64,000 bases of DNA from assembly GCA_051313645.2 (NCBI GenBank), contig JBNRSN020000028.1, positions 15,066,001 through 15,130,000 of the forward strand, in the 5' to 3' direction. Below the pieces are notes generated by a model. The model worked only from the letters and a program-made list of their open reading frames with translations. It was not told the origin of the DNA and made no database searches. Shown here one piece after another: positions 48,201 to 58,066 of this stretch (within the stretch, counting starts at the first letter, position 1; every line of letters starts with the position of its first letter). Position numbers and translations under genes: made by a program. This DNA comes from Centroscyllium fabricii (taxonomy: Eukaryota).

Positions 48201-48790
48201 CTGCATAAATAAAAAGAAAACAAATAGAGACTAAGACCCCGGAGACAGGATTATCTGTTCATCCCTCTCTTCATCCTAGAATCCTGGTATCAGAGAATGA
48301 GACAGCCCAGAAGGAGGCTATTCGGCCCATCGTGCCTGTGCCAGATCTTTGGTAGAGCGACACAATTAGTCCAACTCCCCTGTTCTTTACACGCAGCCTT
48401 GGAAATGTTTGTCTTCGAGTATTTACCTAATTCCTTTTTGAAAGTAACTCCACCCCACTTTCAGGCATTGCATTGCAGATCAGGGAGGCGGTGGCGTTGT
48501 GGTTATGTCCCTAGACTAGTAAAACAGAGGGTCTAGTAAACCAGAGGCTCAGTCAAATGCTCTGAGGATATGGGTTCAAATCCCACCACAGCAGCTGTAA
48601 TGGGCACATCCCTGAACTACTCCGAAGAAGGAATAAATCTCTTCGATTGAAGTTGATTCTTCAAAATTATTCCCAATTTAACCGTGTTTTGAACGCATGC
48701 TGACGGTTAATGGTGAATCGATTTTAGGGTTTTGTTGTTGAGGAGAAAAGTTCCATTTGTTAGAAATGAAAATCGAAGGTGATGTTGTCG

Positions 48791-49783
48791 TAGAAACATA
48801 TAAGATAGGAGCAGGAGTAGGCCATTCGGTCCCTCGAGGCTGCACCGCCATTCAATTAGATCATGGCTGATCTTTGGCTGAGATCATGGCTGATCTTTCA
48901 AGTTCAGTACCCCGTCCCCGCCTTCTCTCCGTAACCCTTAATCCCTTTAGCCTGAAGAAATATATCCAATTCCCTCTTAAATATATTTAATGAACTGGCC
49001 TCCACTGCCCTCTGTGGCAAGGAATTCCACAGGCTCACCACTCTCTGGGTGAAGAAATTCTTCCTCATATCTGTCCTAAATGGTTTACCCCTTATCCTTA
49101 GACGGTGGCCCCTGGTTCTGGACTCCCCCGCCATTGAAAACATTCTTTCTGAAGCTAACCTGTCTAGGCCTTTCAGAATTTTATATGTTTCGATGAGATC
49201 CCCTCTCAATCTTCTAAACTCCAGCTAGTACAAGCCCAAACTACACAATCTCTCCTCGTTGGTCATTCCTGCCATTCCAGGTATCATCCTGGTAAATCGC
49301 CGCTGCACTCCTTCCATGGCAAGAACATCCTTCCTCAGATGAGGCGACCAAAACTGTACACAATACTCAAGGTGTGGTCTCACCAGTGCCTTGTAAAGCT
49401 GTAGTAAGGTATCCTTATTCCTATACTCGAACCCTCTTGATATGAAGGCCACCATACCATTTGCCTTCTTAACCGCCTGTTGCACCTGCATGCTCGCCCT
49501 CATGCACAAAAACACCAGATCTCTCTGCACTTCCCCATCTCCCAATCTATTGCTATTTAAATAATAATCTGCCCTCCTGTTTTTGCCCCCAAAGTGGATA
49601 ACCTCACATTTATCCACATTATAGTGCATTTGCCATGTATCTGCCCATTCCCCCAACTTGTCCAAATCGCACTTGAGCTTCCTGACATCCTCTTCAGAGC
49701 CCACCCCACCTCCTAGTTTAGTGTCGTCTGCAAATTTGGAGATGTTGCATCCAATTCCCTGGTCCAGATCATTAATATATATT
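48791..49783 (-). mobile_element. CR1-type LINE 3' part
   Basis: ORFs 49225-49788 and 48904-49209 (FADD, RPHLEYCVQFWSP); candidate target duplication TTGTCGTA/TTGTCATA at the flanks. Confidence 0.95.
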
Positions 49784-50356
49784 GTCATAATATCACTGCC
49801 TCAGAATTTCCCATTAACCAGTGTTTACTCTCGAACGTTTTTGTCTGTGTTTGTCTATGTGTTTATCTATCTGTCTGTCTGTGTTTATCTGTGCATCTTT
49901 TTCTGTGTGTGGTTATCTGTCTCTGGCCGTGTGTCAATTTATCTGTGCATGTTTGTCTGTGTGCTTATTTGTCTGAGTTTCTGTGTCTGTGTCACTCTGT
50001 GTGTTTATCTGTGTTTGTTCTACCAATGGTTTATGTGAGGCTTGGCGGAACACAGGAGGGCATTGTCTGATCACTTCTTAAATAGCTTCCGTCTTAAGCA
50101 ACTCAGCTGAATATACATAAAATTCCTCCACAATATGCCAACCAGTTGTGTGTAAATGGGGTTATGCTGCCTGTGTGTGTAGATATGCATGGTCATGTGT
50201 GTGTGTGTGTGTGTGTGTGCCAGGCCTCATACTTCAATTCTAGAATGATGCATCACAGAAGGAGGCCAATCGGCCCATCGTGTCTGTTCTCGCTCTTTAA
50301 CAGAGCGATCAATTGGTCCCGCTCCCCAGCTCTTTCCCCATAGTCCTACAAATGGT

Positions 50357-50577
50357 TCACGGAGCCTAGTTCTTGTACAGCTGGTACTAATACCGATCGG
50401 GCTTACTGAGCCTTGTTGTGCAGTTGCAGTCTATTTTCACACCATCTCCTTCAGTGACGCTGAATCTGCCTGAATCTCCCCTGAATTAAAGATAACTGAG
50501 AGTTGAAGACAACACTGAGACACAAGGCATGGTCATACCTACCGAACAAAATCACAATATAATGACGTGACGGTATC
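50357..50577 (-). pseudogene. Partial tandem duplicate (5' half) of the 50.7-kb V pseudogene
   Basis: Near-identical to ~50830-51048 (leader part, shortened intron, FR1-FR2). Confidence 0.85.
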
Positions 50578-50639
50578 CCTTGAACGGCGGGTTCCTTTGA
50601 ACGGAAGGCTTTTTCTGTTGCAGTTTTATTTCATCGAGG

Positions 50640-51053
50640 TTTCTAACAGCGACAGATGAGTTTTAAACTCTGTGCTGCTCAGCAGACAGAAATACACGGC
50701 GGTGTCCTGGATTTCCGCTCAAGTGACCGTTAAACCAAATGTATTTTCTAGATTGGCTTGGCCGGCCTCGAACCTTCCCTTCGGAAAATGCTCCTTATTT
50801 GTGCGCTGATATCCCAGTACAAAATAAAACACGGAGCCTAGTTCTTGTACAGCTGGTACCAGTACAGATCGGGGTTACTGAGCCTTGTTGTGCAGTTGCA
50901 GTCTATTTTCACACCATCTCCTTCAGTGACACTGAATCTGCCCGAATCTCCCCTGAATTAAAGATAACTGAGGGTTGAAGAGAATACTGAGACACAAGGC
51001 ATGGTCATACCTACCGAACAGAGCCACAATATAATGAGCTGATGGTACGACAT
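50640..51053 (-). pseudogene. TCR V pseudogene (family of the 37.8-kb V; leader 51053-51015, V exon ~50952-50675)
   Basis: Leader MSYHQLIILWL; FR1 deletion with frameshift; AAC TAG stop; ends AEIQDTAVYFCLLS; heptamer CACAGAG at 50674-50668. Confidence 0.9.
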
Positions 51054-51059
51054 GGGCTC

Positions 51060-51900
51060 TTTTTTATCCATTGATGGGATGTGGGCGTCGCTGGCTGGCT
51101 AGGCCTGCATTTAGTGCCCATCCCTAATTGCCCTTGAGAAGATGGTGGTGAGCCGCCTTCTTGAACCGCTGCAGTCCATATGGTGTAGGTACACCCACAA
51201 TGTTGTTAGGAAGGGAGTTCCAGCAATTTGGCCCAGCGACAGTGAAGGAGCGGCGATACAGGTCCAAGTCAGGATGGTGTGTGGCTTGGAGGGGAACTTG
51301 TAGGTGGAGCTGTTCCCATGCGTCTGCTGCCCTTGTCCTTCTAAGTGGTAGAGATCGCGGGTTTGGAAGGTGCTGTTGAAGGAGCTTTGGCGAGTTGCTG
51401 CAGTGCATCTTGTAGATGGTACACACTGCAGCCACAGTGCGCCGGTGGTGGAGGGAGTGAATGTTGAAGGTGGTGGATGGAGTGCCAATCAAGCGGCCTG
51501 CTTTATCCTGAATGGTGTCGAGCTTCTTGAGTGTTGTTGGAGCTGCACTCATCCAGGCAAGTGGAGAGTATTCCATCACACTCCTGACTTGTGCCTTGTA
51601 GATGGTGGAAAGGCTTTGGGGAGTCAGGAGGTGAGACACTCGCCGCAGAATTCCCAGCCTCTGACTGCTCTTGCAGCCATAGTATTTATATGGCTGGTCC
51701 AGTTCAGTTTCCGATCAATGGTGTTAGTGGGGGATTCAGCGATGATAATGCCATTGAATGTCAAGGGGAGATGGTTAGAGTCTCGCTTGTTGGAGATGGT
51801 CATTGCCTGGCACTTGTGTGGTGCGAATGTTACTTGCCACTTGTCAGCCGAAGTCTGAATGTTGTCCAGGTCTTGCTGCATATGGACACGGACTGCGTCA
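51060..51900 (-). mobile_element. LINE 3' part, second CR1/L2-group family
   Basis: WQVTFAPHKCQAMTISNKR, IYKAQVRSVMEYSPLAW, and 3' UTR GCCAGCGACGCCCACATCCC. Confidence 0.93.
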
Positions 51901-52049
51901 GTATCTTCAGAAAGAACCCCTTGGAATTTCTATTTCCCTAGTTGCAATAAGTTACACTGAGCAAAGTAAGAACCTGTTCGAAAGGAAAGTATAACAGAAT
52001 GTGAGGAAGTATCTCGTAAAAGGGGCAGAATTCATGAATTGCATTTTAA

Positions 52050-52235
52050 ATCCGCCCCTGCTTCAGCTCGCATTCTGCTGAAAGCATCATCCGTGCCTTT
52101 GTTACTTCTAGAGTTGACTATTCCACTGCTCTCCTGACCGGCTTCCCACCTTGCACTCTCCGTAACCTGGTGCACATTCAAAACTCTGATGCCTGTGTGC
52201 GAACTCCCTCCAAGTGCTGTTCGCCCATCACACAT
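52050..52235 (+). mobile_element. L2-like LINE fragment
   Basis: Encodes AFVTSRVDYSTALLTGFP, resembling the L2 ORF2 motif SRLDYxNxLLxGLP. Confidence 0.6.
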
Positions 52236-52794
52236 GGGCTCGCTGTCCGACAACGCCGATCTGTAAAAGGAGGGTTGGATATTTGAAGACACCCGTTCTA
52301 ATCCCCGCCCTCAATAATCTGCGGTCGTGTCTCGGGCCGCTCTGACCTCACTTCCTGGTGTCCCCAGTGGTGCTGTGTCACCGATAGGTGGTGAGCTGGC
52401 AGCCCGTGAATGGAAACACCCCGAGCTGGGCCACAGTCAGTGTGTTTACAGGGAATGGTTCCGCTTTTGGATATTGGGAAGGGAATGAAAATCTTGTGTC
52501 GTTAATGTAACCGGAAACTCAGGATTGTAGATGGGGACAGAATATATTTCGGCAGTAAAGAGACAATCTGAATAACAATGGACATTGGGGGAACTCTGTG
52601 CGTGTGGTTTGCTTTGAAGAGCACATTCACTATCTTGTGAAATATGTTCATTGTGTACAAACTGTCTCTGACCCAGCAACAAACTCTGATCAAATAAAGT
52701 CTGTCTACAGGCCGCGATCAAAGGGTCCACGACACTGCCTGGGGAAATGTGTAAAGGACTGCACAATATTACAGGCAGGCACGGAAAATTCTTT

Positions 52795-53105
52795 CGGAAT
52801 AGACGTTAAACCGAGGCCCCGTCAGCTCTCTCAGGTGGATGTAAAAGATCCCATGGCACTATTCGAAGAGCAGGGGAGTTATCCCCGGTGACCTGGCCAA
52901 TATTTATCCCTCAACCAACATCACTAAAGCAGATTATCTGGTCATTATCTCATTGTTGTTTGTGGGTGCTTGCTGTGTGCAAATTGACTGCCGCTGTTCC
53001 TACATTACAACAGCGACACTTCAAAAAGTACTTCATTGGCTGTAAAGCGCTTTGGGACGTCCGGTGGTCTCTAACGACGCTATACAAATGCAAGTCTTAC
53101 ATTCA
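52795..53105 (+). mobile_element. Deu-domain SINE
   Basis: TAAAAGATCCCATGGCACTATT...CCCCGGTGACCTGGCCAAT, the Deu-domain core. Confidence 0.8.
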
Positions 53106-53327
53106 TTTTTAAAGTAGAAAAGGGGATTTAAGGCTCCACAGACATGATTAGCAAAGCTATGTTTTTTATCATAACTGCGAGTTGAATTCGCAAACTAATA
53201 TAATTCCGCAAGTGTACCTCACCTGTTCTTGTTAGGTGTTGTGTTTTGTTGCTGTCACTGTGAAGGCTGAATTGTTTAGCGGGGTGAGAGCGCCCTCTGG
53301 TGACCACTTACTCGAACTCACAGTGTG

Positions 53328-53367
53328 GGTTTTTGTCCGGGATCCGCGAAAACTCTGCAGCAGAGTG
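53328..53367 (-). other. Orphan RSS without V coding sequence
   Basis: Minus strand CACTCTG-24-ACAAAAACC; spacer and downstream flank match the RSS of the 23.9-kb and 62.8-kb V segments; the heptamer directly abuts a CR1 tail (53368-53460). Confidence 0.88.
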
Positions 53368-53469
53368 AAACACAGAAGACAGGAGCAGGAGTAGGCCATT
53401 CGGCCCGTCGAGCCTGCTCCGCCATTCAATGAGATAATAGCTAATTATCCAAACCCAGCACCCCCTCCG

Positions 53470-53678
53470 GTGGAGGTGCCGGTGTTGGACTGGGGTGGAC
53501 AATTGTAAGAAGTCACACAACACCAGGTTATAGTCCAACAGTTTTATTAGAAATCACAAGCTTTCGGAGCGCTGCTCATTCTTCAGGTGAAGTCGACTGA
53601 TGAAGGAGCTGCGCTCCGAAAGCTTGTGATTTCTAATAACGCTGTGGGACTATAGCCTGGTGTGTGACTTCTTACATC
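53470..53678. mobile_element. Penelope-like inverted-repeat remnant with hammerhead ribozyme motifs
   Basis: ~85-bp arms TGTAAGAAGTCACACA...GCTTTCGGAGCG / CGCTCCGAAAGC...TGTGACTTCTTACA; core CTGATGA-AGGAGC-TGC-GCTCC-GAAA at 53597-53621. Confidence 0.75.
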
Positions 53679-54094
53679 TCTCTATCGTGTTCGTGAAGGT
53701 GCCGCGTGTAGAAAACCAACTTGTCTCAATCTCTCGTTTCAACACAACAAAATGCCCAATTAATAGTAGCAGTTATAATAGATAATATATGATAACTGTA
53801 GCTCAGAGACATATTTGAAATGGCAGCAGTTACTTTAAGCATCAGGCGGGAAACATGGGACAAATCTACGCCCTCTGTATGTAGCGGGGTACCTCAGATT
53901 TGGATTCTGTCTGGTTTCATATTGTTTTGAACGAGCTTCATTCAACAAATGTGTCTTGGATGTTAAGAATAAACAAAGAGAATCTCCGGGATTTACACTG
54001 AAGTTGTCATTGGCGCCGTGTATATGTTTATCTGCATTAATTTCTCTAATAATAATAATAGTAATAACAAGAAAAATGTGACATAAACATGAAT

Positions 54095-54400
54095 CATAGA
54101 ATCTCTACAGTGCAGATAGAGGCCATCTCGGCCCATCGAGCCTGCACCGACACGTATCCCACCCTATCCCCGCAACCCCACATATTTAATCCCCCTAAAC
54201 ACTGAGGGTCAATTTATCCTGGCCAATCAACCTAACCCGCACATCTTTGGACTGTGGGAGGAAACCGGAGCACCCGGAGGAAACTCACGCAGACACGGGG
54301 AGAATATGCAAACTCCACACAGATAGTACCCGAGGCCGGATTTGAACCCGGGTCTCTAGCGGTGTGAGACAACAGTGCTAACCACTATGCCACCGTGCCA
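54095..54400 (-). mobile_element. Full-length HE1/V-SINE-like element
   Basis: Minus strand: tRNA-like head GGTGGCATAGTGGTTAGCACTG...GGTTCAAATCC, V domain, tail ...GATTCTATGATTC. Confidence 0.88.
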
Positions 54401-54889
54401 CCCGTGCAACAACATCCATCAGTAATTTGAGAAATAAACAATTTCTCAGGCAGAGGGCCGATTATCTCACATCGACACCAGACGGAGCTCTCTCGTCGTG
54501 TTTGCCTGTTAACTGCAGCAGATTAGTCGCAAGATGACACGGCCCTTGAGGATGGGGAACGCCGTTGAACCCATTTCAATTTATTCTTCCAGAAAACTCC
54601 ACCCCCATAATTACCTTTATTTGCTACTAAACTCATCCCTTGATGTTGGATTCTGACGCTTTGCCTGGAGTCCATTCCAAGTGTCGATCGCTCTCTGTGT
54701 GACCAACATTCTCTTCCTCTCAGTCCGAAAGTTACAATTTACCAGTTTGAACCTGTGCACACTTGTCCTACTGCCCCTGTTTAATTTCAGTCATTTACCG
54801 CATTAACCCTTTTCCATGTCACGTTCTATCTTATATATTTATGTAATTAGTGTTTTACCTTGGGAGTCATAGACATTGCTACTCTCGCG

Positions 54890-55475
54890 GTTTCTTTCTG
54901 TTCCTCTTGTTATCTCTACACCTGATTCTCTCACTTTCTAAATCTGTTACTCTCACTGCCACTCTCTGTTGCTCGCTCTATCTCTGAATAAGTTTCTCTC
55001 ACTTTGTCTCTACTTCTGTTCCTCTCGCTGCCTCTACATCTGTTTCTCTCTCTCTCTTTCCATCTCTTCCTGATTCTTTCACTGGGCTTTAATTTGGTTC
55101 TCTGTTTCTCAGTCTGTAAGTCTCCCTGTTGCTGCATCTGTTTCTCTCTCGCTGCCGTTCCCTCTGTTTCTCTCCCACTTCTTATCTGCCCCTCGGTTGT
55201 TCCCCTGTAAATTAGTTTATTTCCCTCCCTGTCTCTCTCTCATTTGTCTCACTGTCTCTCCATTTCCCACTCTCCATCTCTCCCTTAATTTATCTCCTTG
55301 TATCTCCATCTGTTGCTATCCCTGTCTCTCCTTCATTTTCCCTCCCTGTCTCTCTCTCATTTGTCTCATTGTCTCTCCATTTCCCTCTCTCCCTCTCTCC
55401 CTTAATTTATCTCCTTGTATCTCTATCTGTTTATTTCCCCGTCTCTCCTTCATTTTCTCTCCCTGTCTCTCCCTC
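54890..55475. repeat. CT-rich low-complexity tract with a ~117-bp duplication
   Basis: CATTTGTCTC at 55241 and 55358 with matching flanks. Confidence 0.75.
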
Positions 55476-55913
55476 AATGACAGATTTGAAAAACAAGTAT
55501 TTACTCGAACAGGGGGTGCTTTGATGCGTCGTTAGTTTTCGTTGCAGTGAAAATATACAAGTGTTTCTTTTGGATTCCATTCCCGGGAGACTACACTCGA
55601 TTAGGTGACAGTTAGAAGGCGAGAGAATCAATACTGTGCAGCCAGTGGACAGAGCACAAGTCAAGTGTATCCTGGCCCTGGGTCAATCACAAGCCTCAAA
55701 CAATCCCCCGTAAATGACAAGATCTTCCCACCCATAACCAAATGCGGCCTTTACTCGTTTTATGGGCTCTATTTGAATGCATGAGAAATATTAACATTAA
55801 ACCAAATGATCTGCTGTGTCCCCATCGAAAGAAATTGATATCCATCCTCTCTGTCCGCACTGGATTCCACAACAAGTCCCAGCGGGTGAAAGCTCAGTGC
55901 AGATCAGGTGACG

Positions 55914-56222
55914 CACCCAATCCCCCATCAGAGGGAGAGGAGACCTTCAACCCCCTCTGCCTGGGGTGGATTGTCCCCCAGATACCAGAGGGTGAAAGGT
56001 CAGTGTACAATCCTCTGACCCACCTAGTCCCCCATCAGAGGGAGAGGAGACCTTCATCCCCCCATGCCTGGGGTGGATTGTACCCCAGATCCCAGTGGGT
56101 GAAAGGTCAGTGTAAAATCCTCTGACCCACCTTGTCCCCCATCAGAGGGAGAGGAGACCTTCATCCCCCTCTGCCTGGGTTGGATTGGACCCCAGCTCCC
56201 AGTGGGTGAAAGGTCAATGTCT
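55914..56222. repeat. 107-bp tandem repeat, about 3 copies
   Basis: ATCAGAGGGAGAGGAGACCTTCA at 55927, 56034 and 56141. Confidence 0.92.
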
Positions 56223-56488
56223 GACTCACTGCCCCGGCAGTACTGCATGAGTTAACAGTAACCTTGGCGGCTTTTACTCCAGAGAATAAATGAGAAACCG
56301 GGCCACCAGAGGGCGTTTCAGTGTAAATAAAACGTCAGCGCTGGCATTGTTCCCCGGCCCTCAGTGAGGAGAGAATAGATACTGTCCATCAGACCTGATA
56401 GAATAGGATAGCATTGATTGCACATCAGGATTAAATCGATTTCCCAGTGATATTCTTTATCCACCGAGCGCAGATTCAGGAAAACGCG

Positions 56489-56925
56489 ATGAATGAAATT
56501 GTAACTTTCACATGTTTGATTTTCGGTGAGTATTATTGGCAGAAAAGCGTTCGCCGTTAAAATTTATTTCTTTTGTCTGATTTTCCATCTGTTTTATATC
56601 GACAGTTATCGGAGGCGAGGCTGTGATCCACCAACCACAGCAGGTGTTTGCACCAGAGGGACAATCGATTGAAATCCAGAGCAACGCGACCACCAGCGGC
56701 ACTGAGAGAATCTTCTGGTACAGACAACTACAGAACCGTAGCCCGACATTTATCATATCTGCTATCCAGGGCAACGCCACTGATGGACGATTCAGACTCT
56801 TCATCGACCCAACAAGAAGTTATAACAGTCTCGGTCTGGACAGCACCGGGGTATCAGATGCTGGAGTGTATCACTGTGCAGTGAGGCACCGTGTGTCAAA
56901 GGCTGAGCGCTCCAGTACAATATCT
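56489..56925 (+). CDS. TCR V segment, open but lacking the first conserved Cys (leader 56489-56525, V exon 56606-56886, RSS 56887-56925)
   Basis: Leader MNEIVTFTCLIF + GTGAGT; exon IGGEAVIHQPQQVFAPEGQSIEIQSNATTSGTERIFWYRQ...SDAGVYHCAVR (AGC at the Cys position); RSS CACCGTG-23-ACAATATCT. Confidence 0.85.
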
Positions 56926-56978
56926 CCTGCAGGTTCCGAACAGACCATCTCCACACCGCTCCTCTGCTCTTCTGAACG

Positions 56979-57252
56979 TGTTGACTCCTTTGTGGGGCAC
57001 AGTTCCACAGGCTCCATTCATTGTCTGAGCAAAGGGTTAATCAGACTGTCCTGGATATGTTGACTTCTTTGTGGGGTACAGTTCCACAGACTCCATTCAT
57101 TGTCTGAGCAAAGGGTTAATCAGACTGTCCTGAATATGTTGACTTCTTTGTGGGGTACAGTTCCACAGGCTCCATTCATTGTCTGAGCAAAGGGTTAATC
57201 AGACTGTTCTGGATATGTTGACTTCTTTGTGGGGTACAATTCCACAGGCTCC
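56979..57252. repeat. 79-bp tandem repeat, about 3.5 copies
   Basis: TTGACT.CTTTGTGGGG at 56981, 57060, 57139 and 57218. Confidence 0.93.
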
Positions 57253-57600
57253 ACCCATCCTGTAAGGAAAGGGTTATATAGGGTTGCACTTGGTTATAAA
57301 CACCCAGCGCCAGGAATGTCTCTTTAGAAATTCACTATCACAAAGAGCTGGGTTCACCTCACTTCCGTCCACAAGGAGGAGAGGAACATGCTTCTCATTG
57401 GACCACTGACATGTCCGGATGTGAACCGCGGGTGACCAATCTGCATTTCCAACCAATCCAAAAGCAGCAAACCCCACGTGACTCAGCCTTTACCTGGGTG
57501 ACGCTGACTTTAATCAGCCGCCTGTTCAATGCCTTCACTCGGCTCGGGGTCTTCTGATCCGAGCTGTCTACCGCTTTCCTCTTGAGAATTTATTACAAGG

Positions 57601-58066
57601 ATGTGTCACTCGGTACAAGTGAATGTATCGCTCGGTATTCTGGTACTGTTAACATGTAGGTCCAGGAGCTGAGCTCAATAACCCGCAGTGTTTATATTCA
57701 CGGTGCTCCGGTGTTTTATTCTCTGAATGTTTTTACAAGTCGATGTTTCTCGGACCAGGTGCTGCAGTCTCCCGCTGTGATAACAGTCCGGAGCGGAGAT
57801 CCGGTGCAGATAAACTGCAGCTGTACATGTCCATCATTGACGCCATGCACTGGTACAAACAGAGACCCAGTCAGGGACTGGAGTGGGTAATAGGGCGAAT
57901 ATCGGCTGGTAAAGAGAGAAGGGGCGGATTAGAATTGGATCTTTCCACTGCGGACAGACGCGGCCAATTGGTCATTGCGAGCAGGGAGAGCGCGGATCCC
58001 GCGGTGTATTACTGTGCGATAGATCCGCACTCTGACAGGAAACCCGACAGTCACTGTACAAAAACC
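57601..58066 (+). pseudogene. TCR V pseudogene with good 23-RSS (leader 57601-57655, V exon ~57739-58027)
   Basis: Leader MCHSVQVNVSLGILVLLT + GTAGGT; exon RCFSDQVLQSPAVITVRSGDPVQINCSCT / SIIDAMHWYKQRPSQGLEWV...DPAVYYCAID; 1-nt frameshift and altered acceptor; RSS CACTCTG-23-ACAAAAACC at 58028-58066. Confidence 0.88.

Noticed and set aside
53240-53330. CACTGTG/CACAGTG heptamers suggesting a D or J segment
   Set aside because: No correctly spaced nonamer and no FGXG-encoding J with a splice donor; no D, J or C element was recognised anywhere in the window.
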